The notes beneath the pieces were generated by a model. The model searched no databases. It was not told where the DNA came from and saw only the letters and a list, made by a program, of their open reading frames with translations. The translations under genes and the position numbers were made by a program. A DNA stretch of 64,000 bases from a virus, in IMG/VR virus record IMGVR_UViG_3300040811_000687. One strand, given 5' to 3'. Positions 47,932 through 57,237 of this stretch are shown in pieces (within the stretch, counting starts at the first letter, position 1; each line of letters begins with the position of its first letter).

Positions 47932-48315
47932 TTATCCTCTCAATCTTGATTGTGAATCCATATACAAAGGACCAGTCCATCTAACATGGTAATTACCGTC
48001 AAGTACATTACCTCTAGCTTTGTTTAGTGCAGGAGCATTAAAACCAGCAGCCTTTAATATGTCGCCTTTTTTAAAATGTTTAAAGTCTTCTTTTACGATA
48101 AAAGCAAATACTCCGTTTTCTTTTACAACTTTCATATACTTTTTACCTTGTGATACTTTAATCATATTGTCCCAATTGTCAATTTGTTCTTGTGAGTAAG
48201 TTGAAACATTACCATTTTTATCTGTAGTCCAAGAAATATAATCTTCTTTGGCACCGTTCATCATATTCTTAACTCCTTCATCTAAAGAAGTTGCGTTTTT
48301 AGTTACTAATGACAT
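47932..48315 (-). CDS. Conserved phage hypothetical protein
   Basis: GDILKAAGFNAPALNKARGNV, WTGPLY; SD AAGGAGG. Confidence 0.8.
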   Translation of the reverse strand: MSLVTKNATSLDEGVKNMMNGAKEDYISWTTDKNGNVSTYSQEQIDNWDNMIKVSQGKKYMKVVKENGVFAFIVKEDFKHFKKGDILKAAGFNAPALNKARGNVLDGNYHVRWTGPLYMDSQSRLRG

Positions 48316-48497
48316 TATTTGTCCTCCTTGTATAAGTCTTGAGCATATAAAGCTAAGATATAAGACGCAATACCTATCAAGGCCATTGAAGCACCTTGTA
48401 AATATTTGTCTATTTCAATTGAACCTACGGCACCAACCATTGCTAAAGTACCGACTGTCGCCATTATTACCGACATGTATTCTATTATTTTTTTCAT
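48315..48497 (-). CDS. Small 2-TM membrane protein (start revised to MKKIIE)
   Basis: SD AAAGGA; hydrophobic. Confidence 0.7.
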   Translation of the reverse strand: MKKIIEYMSVIMATVGTLAMVGAVGSIEIDKYLQGASMALIGIASYILALYAQDLYKEDK

Positions 48498-48532
48498 AGT
48501 GTATCCTTTTGTTTTTTTCATATTACTTGTCC

Positions 48533-48561
48533 ACTATACCAGATAAATACAGTAAAGTCAA
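48533..48561 (-). promoter_or_regulatory. Early sigma70-type promoter, minus strand
   Basis: TTGACT-17-TATAGT with extended TG. Confidence 0.8.
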
Positions 48562-48579
48562 GAAAAAAAAGCGTAAAAT

Positions 48580-48759
48580 ATGAAAATAATTAAAATAATT
48601 GCAGTTTGTTCACTTTTTGTACTGGTTTCCTGTTCAAAAACTGTTGAGGATTGTAAAATTAAGCCGAATTTAGAAAAAATTAGCGAATCAGCGCTAAAAA
48701 ATAAAGAAAATTTAAGTGAAACTGAGCTAAAACATGCTCAAATGTCTTGTAAATTTTAA
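48580..48759 (+). CDS. Small lipoprotein, 59 aa (not in ORF track)
   Basis: MKIIKIIAVCSLFVLVSC lipobox. Confidence 0.55.
   Translation: MKIIKIIAVCSLFVLVSCSKTVEDCKIKPNLEKISESALKNKENLSETELKHAQMSCKF
48608..48622 (-). promoter_or_regulatory. LexA-type box, one mismatch (GTTC-N7-GTAC on +)
   Basis: ~46 bp upstream of the minus-strand -35; flanks match the 30254 site. Confidence 0.55.
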
Positions 48760-48773
48760 TTATAAATAATATT

Positions 48774-48965
48774 ATGATAAATTCACAAATTTATTGTCAA
48801 AATTGTGGACACGAATCGCATTGTGGCGAAAATTGTTTACAAGATTACGGAGAATCACAAAAAACCGTATGTTGTACACATTGTAGTTGCGAAAAAGACA
48901 ATGATAATTGGGAAGATACTGTAAAATACGATTTAAACAATGAAGATTTATTTAATGGAGCATAA
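48774..48965 (+). CDS. Small Cys/His-rich metal-binding protein
   Basis: CQNCGHESHCGENC..CCTHCSC; late promoter at 48761. Confidence 0.7.
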   Translation: MINSQIYCQNCGHESHCGENCLQDYGESQKTVCCTHCSCEKDNDNWEDTVKYDLNNEDLFNGA

Positions 48966-48967
48966 AA

Positions 48968-49225
48968 ATGGCAAAAATGAGAATATTTAAGTTTTGGAAT
49001 GAAGCAGGTGATGAAAAAGAGAAAGAAGCGATGAGTTTGAAGAAGGCAATAATGTCAGTTCAAGGCGATTTTAAAGATAAATGGATAGGAGCTGAATATA
49101 TTAGTAAAAAAGGTAAAAATATTAGCACCTCTATACAAATACCAGTTGGTAGAAAAATTAGAGAAGCGGCCAGAGTAGAAAAAGCAAGAGCGGCTGCTAA
49201 AGCTTTAAAAGAAATGGGGAGATAA
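48968..49225 (+). CDS. Hypothetical basic protein
   Basis: SD GGAG. Confidence 0.7.
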   Translation: MAKMRIFKFWNEAGDEKEKEAMSLKKAIMSVQGDFKDKWIGAEYISKKGKNISTSIQIPVGRKIREAARVEKARAAAKALKEMGR

Positions 49226-49525
49226 ATGCCGTCAATTTGTAGGAAAGGCGATAGTTTAAGTACCGGTCATATATGTACTGGTACAACAACACTAGATACG
49301 CCTGGCCAAAGTACAGTTCGGGCAAATAGTATATTAATCGCAAGAGTGGGTGACCCAACAGTAAGTCACCCTTTCCCACCGGCACCTCCTTGTGCCCCTC
49401 ACGTTGCAAACGTTAATGTAGGCAGTTCAACAGTTTCAGTTTGTGGTAGTCCAATAGCTAGAATAGGGGATAGTACAGACGCTGGAGCAATGACTTCAGG
49501 TTCTTCAAATATCTTTGCTGGTTAA
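49226..49525 (+). CDS. PAAR spike-tip protein (gp5.4-like)
   Basis: CRKGD..GH, ARVGD..H, PIARIGD, GSSNIFAG. Confidence 0.9.
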   Translation: MPSICRKGDSLSTGHICTGTTTLDTPGQSTVRANSILIARVGDPTVSHPFPPAPPCAPHVANVNVGSSTVSVCGSPIARIGDSTDAGAMTSGSSNIFAG

Positions 49526-49543
49526 CGTATAAATATATACGTA

Positions 49544-49969
49544 ATGCCAAATTTTGATAGTAGTAACACTAACAACAGTAAACGAGCAAATAGAATCTAT
49601 AAAGACTTGGATTTGAATTTTGGTCGTAATGTAGTAACAGGTGATGTAAATAAGTTAACCGATGTAGAGGCCGTTAAAAGAAGTGTTAGAAATTTAATTA
49701 ATACTTCTCATTTTGAGAGACCTTTTCACCCAGAAATTGGCAGTGATGTTAGAAGAATGTTATTTGAACCAATGACACCTCTTACAGCACTTAACTTACA
49801 AAGAAAAGTTGGCGAAGTTCTAAATAATTTTGAACCTAGAATAAAATTAGTACAAATTTTAGCTAGTCCAAATTTAGATAGAAATAGTTATCATTTAACA
49901 ATTATGTTCTATGTTATAGGTTCATCGGAGCCAATAACAGTAGAAACATTTTTAGAAAGATTAAGATAA
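49544..49969 (+). CDS. gp25: Baseplate wedge gp25
   Basis: YKDLDLNF, AVKRSVRNL, ERPFHPEIG, FEPR; late promoter at 49528. Confidence 0.95.
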   Translation: MPNFDSSNTNNSKRANRIYKDLDLNFGRNVVTGDVNKLTDVEAVKRSVRNLINTSHFERPFHPEIGSDVRRMLFEPMTPLTALNLQRKVGEVLNNFEPRIKLVQILASPNLDRNSYHLTIMFYVIGSSEPITVETFLERLR

Positions 49970-49970
49970 A

Positions 49971-51812
49971 ATGGCAAGCAATAAACTAGTAGTATCTGAT
50001 TTTGACTTTGATAACATAAAATCAAATTTAAAAACATTTTTACAAAATCAACCAGAATTTTCAGACTATAATTTTGAAGGATCAGGCTTTGCCGTTCTTT
50101 TAGATACATTAGCATACAATACACACTATCTTGGCTTCAATGCTAATATGTTGGTTAACGAAACTTATTTAAATAGTGCAGATATAAGAAAAAATATAGT
50201 TGCATTAGCAAAGATGATAGGATATACACCATCATCTGTTAGAGCGCCAGTATCAACTATTGACATAACAGTAAACAACGCTTCAGGTTCAAGTATCTTA
50301 ATGAACAAAGGTACAACGTTTACAAGTTCAGTAGATGGTACAAGTTATAACTTTTTAACTAACGAAGATATTACAATTACGCCTTTAAATGGTGTTTATA
50401 AATTTTCAAACGTTAATTTATATGAAGGTACTTTAGTTACTTTTAAATATACAGTTGATAGTACAGATACAGATCAAAAGTATATAATACAAAATTTAAA
50501 TGCTGATACTTCTACTTTAAAAGTAACAGTTCAAAACTCTGTATCAGATTCAACATTAAACACTTACACATTAGCTACAGGTTTAAGAAATATAACAGAT
50601 ACATCTAAAATTTACTTCTTACAAGAAACAGATAACGGTAAATTTGAAGTTTATTTTGGTGATGGCGTTATTGGTAAAAAATTAGAAGATGGTAACATAG
50701 TTATATTAGAATATATTGTTACAAACAAAGATGAGGCTAATGGAGCTAAAACTTTTGAGTTAGCTGGTAGTATTGGTACTTTTAATAATGTAACTATATC
50801 TACTAAAGCAAATGCTCAAGGCGGATCAGAGGCTGAAACAAAAGAGTCTATAAGATTTAATGCACCTTTACAATATACATCACAAGACAGAGCAGTTACA
50901 GCTACAGATTATGAATCAATAGTTAAGACATTATATCCTAATGCGTTATCTGTTAGTGCTTGGGGAGGAGAAGACGATGAAACACCGGTTTATGGTGTTG
51001 TGAATATCGCTATCAAAGCAGCTTCAGGTTCTACTTTAACAGAAACAACAAAAGCCTCTATTGTAAAAGAATTAATACCTTACAACGTAGCTTCAGTTAG
51101 ACCAATAATAGTTGATCCAGAAACAACATCAATTGTATTATCAAGTGTTGCTAAGTATGATAAAAAAGGTACTAGTAAGTCTGCCGACACTATTAAGTCA
51201 GAAATAGTTACGGCTGTTACAAACTATAACACAACTACTTTACAAAAATTTGATGGTGTGTTTAGATTTTCTAAATTAACAGGTTTAATAGATGATGTTG
51301 ATACAAATATACTATCTAACATAACAACTATTAATATGAGAAAGAATTTTACACCAACTATAGGGTCTTCAACAAAATACGATGTGTATTTTAGAAATGC
51401 AATTTATAATCCTCATTCAGGTCATTCAAGTGTTTTATCATCAACTGGTTTTAAAGTTACAGGCAGTGATAACGAAATGTTTTTAGATGATGATAGTAAT
51501 GGTAACGTTAGAAGATATTATCTAGTGAGTGGTGTTAAAACTTATGCTAATAATACACAAGGTACTATTAATTATGAAACAGGTCAAGTTACTTTAAATT
51601 CATTAAATGTAGCTTCAATATCAAATATAAGAAATGCTGTTTCCACCGTTATTGAAATTACAGTTAAACCAAATTCAAACGATATTGTGCCTGTTAGAAA
51701 TCAAGTGGTAGAAATAGACGTTACAAACTCAAATATAACTGTAGAGGAAGATACATTTGTTGGTGGTTCATCTGAAGCCGGCGTAGGCTACAATACTACA
51801 ACAAGTTACTAA
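49971..51812 (+). CDS. gp6: Baseplate wedge gp6
   Basis: DFDNIK, DYNFEGS, YFGDG, QDRAVTATDY, AWGGE. Confidence 0.95.
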   Translation: MASNKLVVSDFDFDNIKSNLKTFLQNQPEFSDYNFEGSGFAVLLDTLAYNTHYLGFNANMLVNETYLNSADIRKNIVALAKMIGYTPSSVRAPVSTIDITVNNASGSSILMNKGTTFTSSVDGTSYNFLTNEDITITPLNGVYKFSNVNLYEGTLVTFKYTVDSTDTDQKYIIQNLNADTSTLKVTVQNSVSDSTLNTYTLATGLRNITDTSKIYFLQETDNGKFEVYFGDGVIGKKLEDGNIVILEYIVTNKDEANGAKTFELAGSIGTFNNVTISTKANAQGGSEAETKESIRFNAPLQYTSQDRAVTATDYESIVKTLYPNALSVSAWGGEDDETPVYGVVNIAIKAASGSTLTETTKASIVKELIPYNVASVRPIIVDPETTSIVLSSVAKYDKKGTSKSADTIKSEIVTAVTNYNTTTLQKFDGVFRFSKLTGLIDDVDTNILSNITTINMRKNFTPTIGSSTKYDVYFRNAIYNPHSGHSSVLSSTGFKVTGSDNEMFLDDDSNGNVRRYYLVSGVKTYANNTQGTINYETGQVTLNSLNVASISNIRNAVSTVIEITVKPNSNDIVPVRNQVVEIDVTNSNITVEEDTFVGGSSEAGVGYNTTTSY

Positions 51813-51820
51813 TTTAGCCA

Positions 51821-54436
51821 ATGGCAAAATTTGATAATAAAATATCCAACTTAATAAACACTCAATTACCAGATTTTGTTGTTGACGATCACCCAAAATT
51901 TGTAGAATTTCTAAAAACTTATTATCAATTTATGGAAGCTGCCGAGTTAGGCGTAACTTCTATTGAATCTACAGACGGAATTAATTTAGAAAATCAAACA
52001 GGCGTACAAAACAATTTAGTATTAAATGGTGGTTCACTTGGTGCTGAAAATACTCAATTAGACCTTGGTGATAAGATAATATTAGAAGATAGTAGTTTTG
52101 GTAAATTTACATATAGAGAAACTATAACAGGACAAACTTCTAAAGCAACAGCTATAATATTAGCTGAAGATTTAGATTTAAATAGACTATTCATAACATC
52201 ACAAGACAAATTTATAACAGGTGAAATTATTAAAGGAGAAAGTTCTAACGCTGAAGCAATTGTTAATACATACAGACCTAATCCTGTTCAAAGTATTCAA
52301 CAATTAACAAATTTTAGAGATCCAGATAAAGTTATTTCTCAATTTTTAGATAATTTTAGAAATGAGTTTTTTAAAACTATTCCAGACAATTTATCTTCAG
52401 GAATAAACAAAAGAAATTTAATAAAAAATATAAAATCTTTATATAAGTTAAAAGGTACACAAAAAGGTCACGAAGTATTTTTTAGAATACTTTTTAACAA
52501 TCAATCTGAAACATTTTATCCTAGAGAACAAATGTTAAAAGTATCAGATGGTAAATGGAATACACAAACAGTTTTAAGAGTATTAAGTACACAAGGAGAA
52601 ACTTTAAGTTTAATAGGAAGACAAATAAAAGGAAGAACATCAAATGCAACGGCAATAGTAGAAAATGTTGGAAAATTTTATGTTGGCGCTGATGAAGTTT
52701 CTGAAATTACTATAAACAAAAAAAGTCTTGTAGGTACTTTTGCTGTAAGTGAAACTATAGAGGGTACTGAAAGTGATCAGTCAGATTATTACATTCTAGC
52801 TACTATTACAGGTGTACCAGGAACAAAAACAATTAATAATGATGGTAATCTTTATACTACAAACGATTTAATAACAATTTCAGGAGGAGGTCAACAAGCC
52901 TCTATGCAAATTAGTGATGTTGGTTCTGGTAAAATAACTGAAATAGTTGTTGATAATGGTGGATCAGGATACGAAATAGGAGATACTTTATCTTTTAATA
53001 ATACAGGTACTTTTGGTAGCAATGCTTCAGGTGTTGTTACAGTTGTTAACGGTGCAGTTTCTAATGAAGATACTGATCATATTGTACTAGAAGAAGAAAC
53101 ATCTGCCGGTGATCATCTTACAGGAGATAAAATTGTTTTTGAATCAGGAACAGGTATAGGAGATATTACAGATATTTATTTAACAAATGGTGGTGACGGT
53201 TATAAATCTTTACCAACTGTTACTGTAACGTCTGATTCAGGTACAGCTTCGGAAATATTAGCATATGGTGATAACGTAGGAAGAATTTTGGGAATAACAA
53301 CATCAAATTTAGGTATTAAATACGAAAACTCTCCTTCTCCATCTTTAGCATTCATAAACAACTTATTTTGTACTACAGTTACAGGTACATTTACTAATGG
53401 AGATACAGTTACAGGTGGTAATTCAAGTGCTACAGGATTAGTTTCAGGTTGGGATTCTTCTAGAAACATATTAAAATTAAAAGAGGTTTCAGGAACCTTT
53501 CAAGCAAACGAAACAATAACATCTGTATCAGCTAGTGCAGTGCTTAAAAATATAGATGTAGCTTCAATAAGTTTAGATGTAACTGCTGTAGTAGACACAG
53601 ACGGAAAATTCTTAAATGAAAAAGGTCATATTTCAGAAACTACAATGAAAGTACAAGATAGTTTATATTATCAAGATTTTTCTTATGTATTAAAAGTAGG
53701 TAACTCAATTAATTCATGGAGAGACGCATTTAAAAAAACAATGCATACTTCAGGTTTTTATTTTACAGGACAAGTTAATTTAGAAAGTAGATTAGATTTA
53801 AAAAATAGAATAGCGCAGGCTGTTAATACAGGTGTAGACGGAACGCCTATAAAACAAATGTTGAGTTTGTTGTTTAGTTCTATGTTTGGTAGAAAATTGG
53901 GAACAATAGATGATAGTTCTAGTTTAAGATCAAATCCTCAACAAGACGTTTCTTCTTATGGCACCAATACAAGAGCTGTAACTTTAAGACGAGAACCTAT
54001 TGGTGTTAAACTAAATTTAAGATTAAGAAGAAAAGTTGGAACAGGTATACTACCTGATTTAAACAGTATTAATATAAGTCAAGGATTTGCATATTGTGGA
54101 CCAAGTTTTGGTTCAATAAACAAATATGCTAATACAGCATATGGTGTCACTGGTAATAGATCAGGTGGTATCAATGGTACAACTGGTATTACTTTTGCAG
54201 TTTTAAATGATTTAAAAATAACTGGTACTAGATCAAGTCTAGACGGTACACCAGCATTATTAAAAACGATAACTAACAATGCCGGGGGTGGACCAAATGA
54301 AGATGATTTTGCAAGGATGTTAAAGACCAACTTTACTTTTCCAGCAGATATTACATTCCCAGGAGAAGAATCGTTTAGTGGTACTACCAATAAATTTGAT
54401 AGCACAAATGAAAAATTTGATCAAACAAACGTATAA
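51821..54436 (+). CDS. Baseplate wedge protein (gp7-like)
   Basis: QLPDFV..FLKTYYQF, LYKLKGT, QDSLYYQDFSYV; lies between gp6 and gp8. Confidence 0.75.
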   Translation: MAKFDNKISNLINTQLPDFVVDDHPKFVEFLKTYYQFMEAAELGVTSIESTDGINLENQTGVQNNLVLNGGSLGAENTQLDLGDKIILEDSSFGKFTYRETITGQTSKATAIILAEDLDLNRLFITSQDKFITGEIIKGESSNAEAIVNTYRPNPVQSIQQLTNFRDPDKVISQFLDNFRNEFFKTIPDNLSSGINKRNLIKNIKSLYKLKGTQKGHEVFFRILFNNQSETFYPREQMLKVSDGKWNTQTVLRVLSTQGETLSLIGRQIKGRTSNATAIVENVGKFYVGADEVSEITINKKSLVGTFAVSETIEGTESDQSDYYILATITGVPGTKTINNDGNLYTTNDLITISGGGQQASMQISDVGSGKITEIVVDNGGSGYEIGDTLSFNNTGTFGSNASGVVTVVNGAVSNEDTDHIVLEEETSAGDHLTGDKIVFESGTGIGDITDIYLTNGGDGYKSLPTVTVTSDSGTASEILAYGDNVGRILGITTSNLGIKYENSPSPSLAFINNLFCTTVTGTFTNGDTVTGGNSSATGLVSGWDSSRNILKLKEVSGTFQANETITSVSASAVLKNIDVASISLDVTAVVDTDGKFLNEKGHISETTMKVQDSLYYQDFSYVLKVGNSINSWRDAFKKTMHTSGFYFTGQVNLESRLDLKNRIAQAVNTGVDGTPIKQMLSLLFSSMFGRKLGTIDDSSSLRSNPQQDVSSYGTNTRAVTLRREPIGVKLNLRLRRKVGTGILPDLNSINISQGFAYCGPSFGSINKYANTAYGVTGNRSGGINGTTGITFAVLNDLKITGTRSSLDGTPALLKTITNNAGGGPNEDDFARMLKTNFTFPADITFPGEESFSGTTNKFDSTNEKFDQTNV

Positions 54437-54451
54437 ATATAACTATAAATA
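54432..54451 (+). promoter_or_regulatory. Tandem late promoters
   Basis: TATAAATA at 54432-54439 and 54444-54451. Confidence 0.75.
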
Positions 54452-54460
54452 AAGATAGAA

Positions 54461-55729
54461 ATGGCAAAACAAACAATATCAATCGGTTCAACTCCAAATG
54501 ACGGCACAGGCACTACTATTAGAGCTGGTGGAGATATAATCAACGATAACTTTAACGAAATTTATACTAATTTTGGAGACGGTACTAATTTAGTTTCTGG
54601 TATAATTACTGGTAAAATTGAAGGTACAAATTTTTCTAATAGTATCATCGTTGGTCACTCTACAACAGGAACACTAAACGACGCTAATACAAATACTGCT
54701 ATTGGTTTAGCAGCTATGGATGCCATAACTTCAGGAGATGGAAACACTGCCATAGGTTATGAATCGGCTACTAGTTTACAAGATGGTCAAGATAATATTT
54801 CTATAGGTAAAGCAACATTAGCGAGTGCAACATCGGCTACAAATAACGTAGCTGTTGGAAGATCAGCTTTAAATGCCAACTTAACATCAACAAATAATAC
54901 TGCTGTAGGTCATGAAGCAGGTAAATTAGTAACAGGAAGAAATAATACTTTAATAGGTGCTGAAGCTGGAGATAATATTACAACAGGATCAGGAAATGTA
55001 ATTATTGGAAATTCAGATGCAGATTCAGCTACAGGCGATAGACAAATGGAAATTGCAGGATTTGATGGATCAACACATACAGTTTGGTTAAAAGGAGATA
55101 GTACAGGTGAGGTTACTGTAACAATGGATCCGGTCTCAGTTTTAGGTGTTGCAACTAAGCAATACGTAGATAATACAGCAGCCGGTTTAAATGTACACGA
55201 ATCAGTTGCAGTTGCAACTACACAAGATTTAGCTACCGAAACAGGTGGAACAGTTACATATGATAACGGAACATTAGGTGTTGGAGCAACTTTAACATTG
55301 AGTTCAGCTATGTCAACTTTAGACGGTTACAGTTTAGTAAATGCAGATAGAGTTTTGGTTAAAAATGAGGCAAATCAAGCACATAACGGAATATATGTAA
55401 GAACGAGTTCAACAGTTTTAACAAGATCAACAGACTATGATCAAGTTTCTGATGTTCAATCAGGAGATACTGTTTTTATAGTAAACGGAACAGTAAACGA
55501 AAACAGTACTTTTGTTCAAACAAATGCAATGGTTACTATGGGTACCACTAATATTACTTGGTCACAATATGCTAAAGCAGGAACAGGTACTATGTCTACT
55601 CAAAATGCAAATAGTGTCAATATTACTGGTGGATCAATCAGTTTATCAGCCGTTTCAAATACTCAAAGTCTACTGATAAAAGACTCTAGTGGTTCAACAT
55701 TAAAAACAATTTATGGAACATCATCATAG
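54461..55729 (+). CDS. Tail fibre / baseplate-attached fibre protein
   Basis: gp9/10-like N-terminus (NDGTG..INDNFNEIY), NTAIG repeats, ATKQYVD, DRVLVKNE..NGIY. Confidence 0.75.
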   Translation: MAKQTISIGSTPNDGTGTTIRAGGDIINDNFNEIYTNFGDGTNLVSGIITGKIEGTNFSNSIIVGHSTTGTLNDANTNTAIGLAAMDAITSGDGNTAIGYESATSLQDGQDNISIGKATLASATSATNNVAVGRSALNANLTSTNNTAVGHEAGKLVTGRNNTLIGAEAGDNITTGSGNVIIGNSDADSATGDRQMEIAGFDGSTHTVWLKGDSTGEVTVTMDPVSVLGVATKQYVDNTAAGLNVHESVAVATTQDLATETGGTVTYDNGTLGVGATLTLSSAMSTLDGYSLVNADRVLVKNEANQAHNGIYVRTSSTVLTRSTDYDQVSDVQSGDTVFIVNGTVNENSTFVQTNAMVTMGTTNITWSQYAKAGTGTMSTQNANSVNITGGSISLSAVSNTQSLLIKDSSGSTLKTIYGTSS

Positions 55730-55756
55730 GAAGTATTATAAATAGGAATAACAATT

Positions 55757-57226
55757 ATGCCAGCGATAATAACAAATAAATTTAGAATTAATAATAGTGA
55801 GCAGTTTCACGAATCTTTCACAGAAGCTTCTCCAAATATTTACTATCTAGGTCTAGCAAGACCACAAGCTTATGGTACATTTACAAGAGGTGATGGCCGA
55901 ACAGATTATGAAGGAACAGACACAAATCCAGTAACACCAAGTGATACTGTAGTTACAGAATTTTCTGCTTTTGATGACTTATTAGCTGCTAAAAAAATTA
56001 CAAGTTCAGATGTTAGTTTTGCAGTACCAAGAAGAAATTGGACAACTGGAACAACATACGATATTTACAGACACGACTATGGAGAATTTGTTACAGGTAG
56101 TACTTTAACAAGAAATACAGCTAATAGTGGTGCAATAACTTTACATGACGCTAATTTTTATGTATTAACTACAGATAGAAATATCTACAAGTGTATTGAC
56201 AATGACGGTAATACTGCTTCAACAATAGAACCAACAGGAACAGGTAATGCTGTTATAACAACTGCTGATGGTTACAAATGGAAATACATGTACACTATGT
56301 CAGCTTCTCAACAATCAAATTTTTTATCAACTGACTTTATGGCAGTTTCAACTAACTCAACTGTTAGTTCAGCCGCTATAGATGGTTCAATTGATTGTAT
56401 TAGAATTAAATCAGCAGGTTCAGGTGGAACAGACGGAACACATTCAGTAACAATTAAAGGTGATGGATCAAGTGCAACAGCTAATGTTGTAGTTTCAGGT
56501 GGTATTATTACAGAGGTAACTATGACTAACGTAGGATCAGGTTATACTTTTGGTACAGTTTCAAACGCAGAAATAGTAACTGCTGGTGCAACAAACTTAA
56601 CAGGTGCAGAATTAGATGTGATTATATCTCCAAAAGGTGGTCACGGTTTTAATGCAGTACAAGAATTAGGTGGTTTCTTCGTAATGTTAAATATAAATTT
56701 AGAAGGAGCAGAATCAGCAAACTCTGGAGATTTTCATGCTGGTAATGACTTTAGAAAAATTTGTTTAATCAGAGATCCAAAAGCTTCAGGTTCAGCTGCA
56801 AGTGCTTCAACTTTAAGAGGTACTAAAGCAGTAAGACTAGCAGCTTCTCCTACACCAGGAACATTTACAGTTGACGAAGAAATTAATCAAGCAACTACAG
56901 GCGCTGTCGCTAAAGTTGTAGAGTGGGACGCAACAAACAGAATTTTATATTACATTCAATCAAGACATAATGACGCCGGCGTTGACGCTAATGGTAACTT
57001 GACAGCTATTTCTAGTACTCATGTAATTACTGGTCAATCGTCTTCAGCAACAGGAACGCCAGACACAAGCGTTTCGGCAACAGTTAACAATGTTGTATTT
57101 TCAAGTGGGTATTCTGCTTCTGAAATAGATCATGACTCTGGCGATGTATTGTACATAGAAAACAGAGCACCTATTCAAAGAGCAACAGACCAAACAGAAA
57201 ATATTAAACTAGTTATTGAGTTTTAA
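55757..57226 (+). CDS. gp8: Baseplate wedge gp8-like
   Basis: PRRNWT, YKCIDN, DGYKWKYMY, YIENRAPI; late promoter at 55737. Confidence 0.85.
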   Translation: MPAIITNKFRINNSEQFHESFTEASPNIYYLGLARPQAYGTFTRGDGRTDYEGTDTNPVTPSDTVVTEFSAFDDLLAAKKITSSDVSFAVPRRNWTTGTTYDIYRHDYGEFVTGSTLTRNTANSGAITLHDANFYVLTTDRNIYKCIDNDGNTASTIEPTGTGNAVITTADGYKWKYMYTMSASQQSNFLSTDFMAVSTNSTVSSAAIDGSIDCIRIKSAGSGGTDGTHSVTIKGDGSSATANVVVSGGIITEVTMTNVGSGYTFGTVSNAEIVTAGATNLTGAELDVIISPKGGHGFNAVQELGGFFVMLNINLEGAESANSGDFHAGNDFRKICLIRDPKASGSAASASTLRGTKAVRLAASPTPGTFTVDEEINQATTGAVAKVVEWDATNRILYYIQSRHNDAGVDANGNLTAISSTHVITGQSSSATGTPDTSVSATVNNVVFSSGYSASEIDHDSGDVLYIENRAPIQRATDQTENIKLVIEF

Positions 57227-57237
57227 AGGGAGATATT

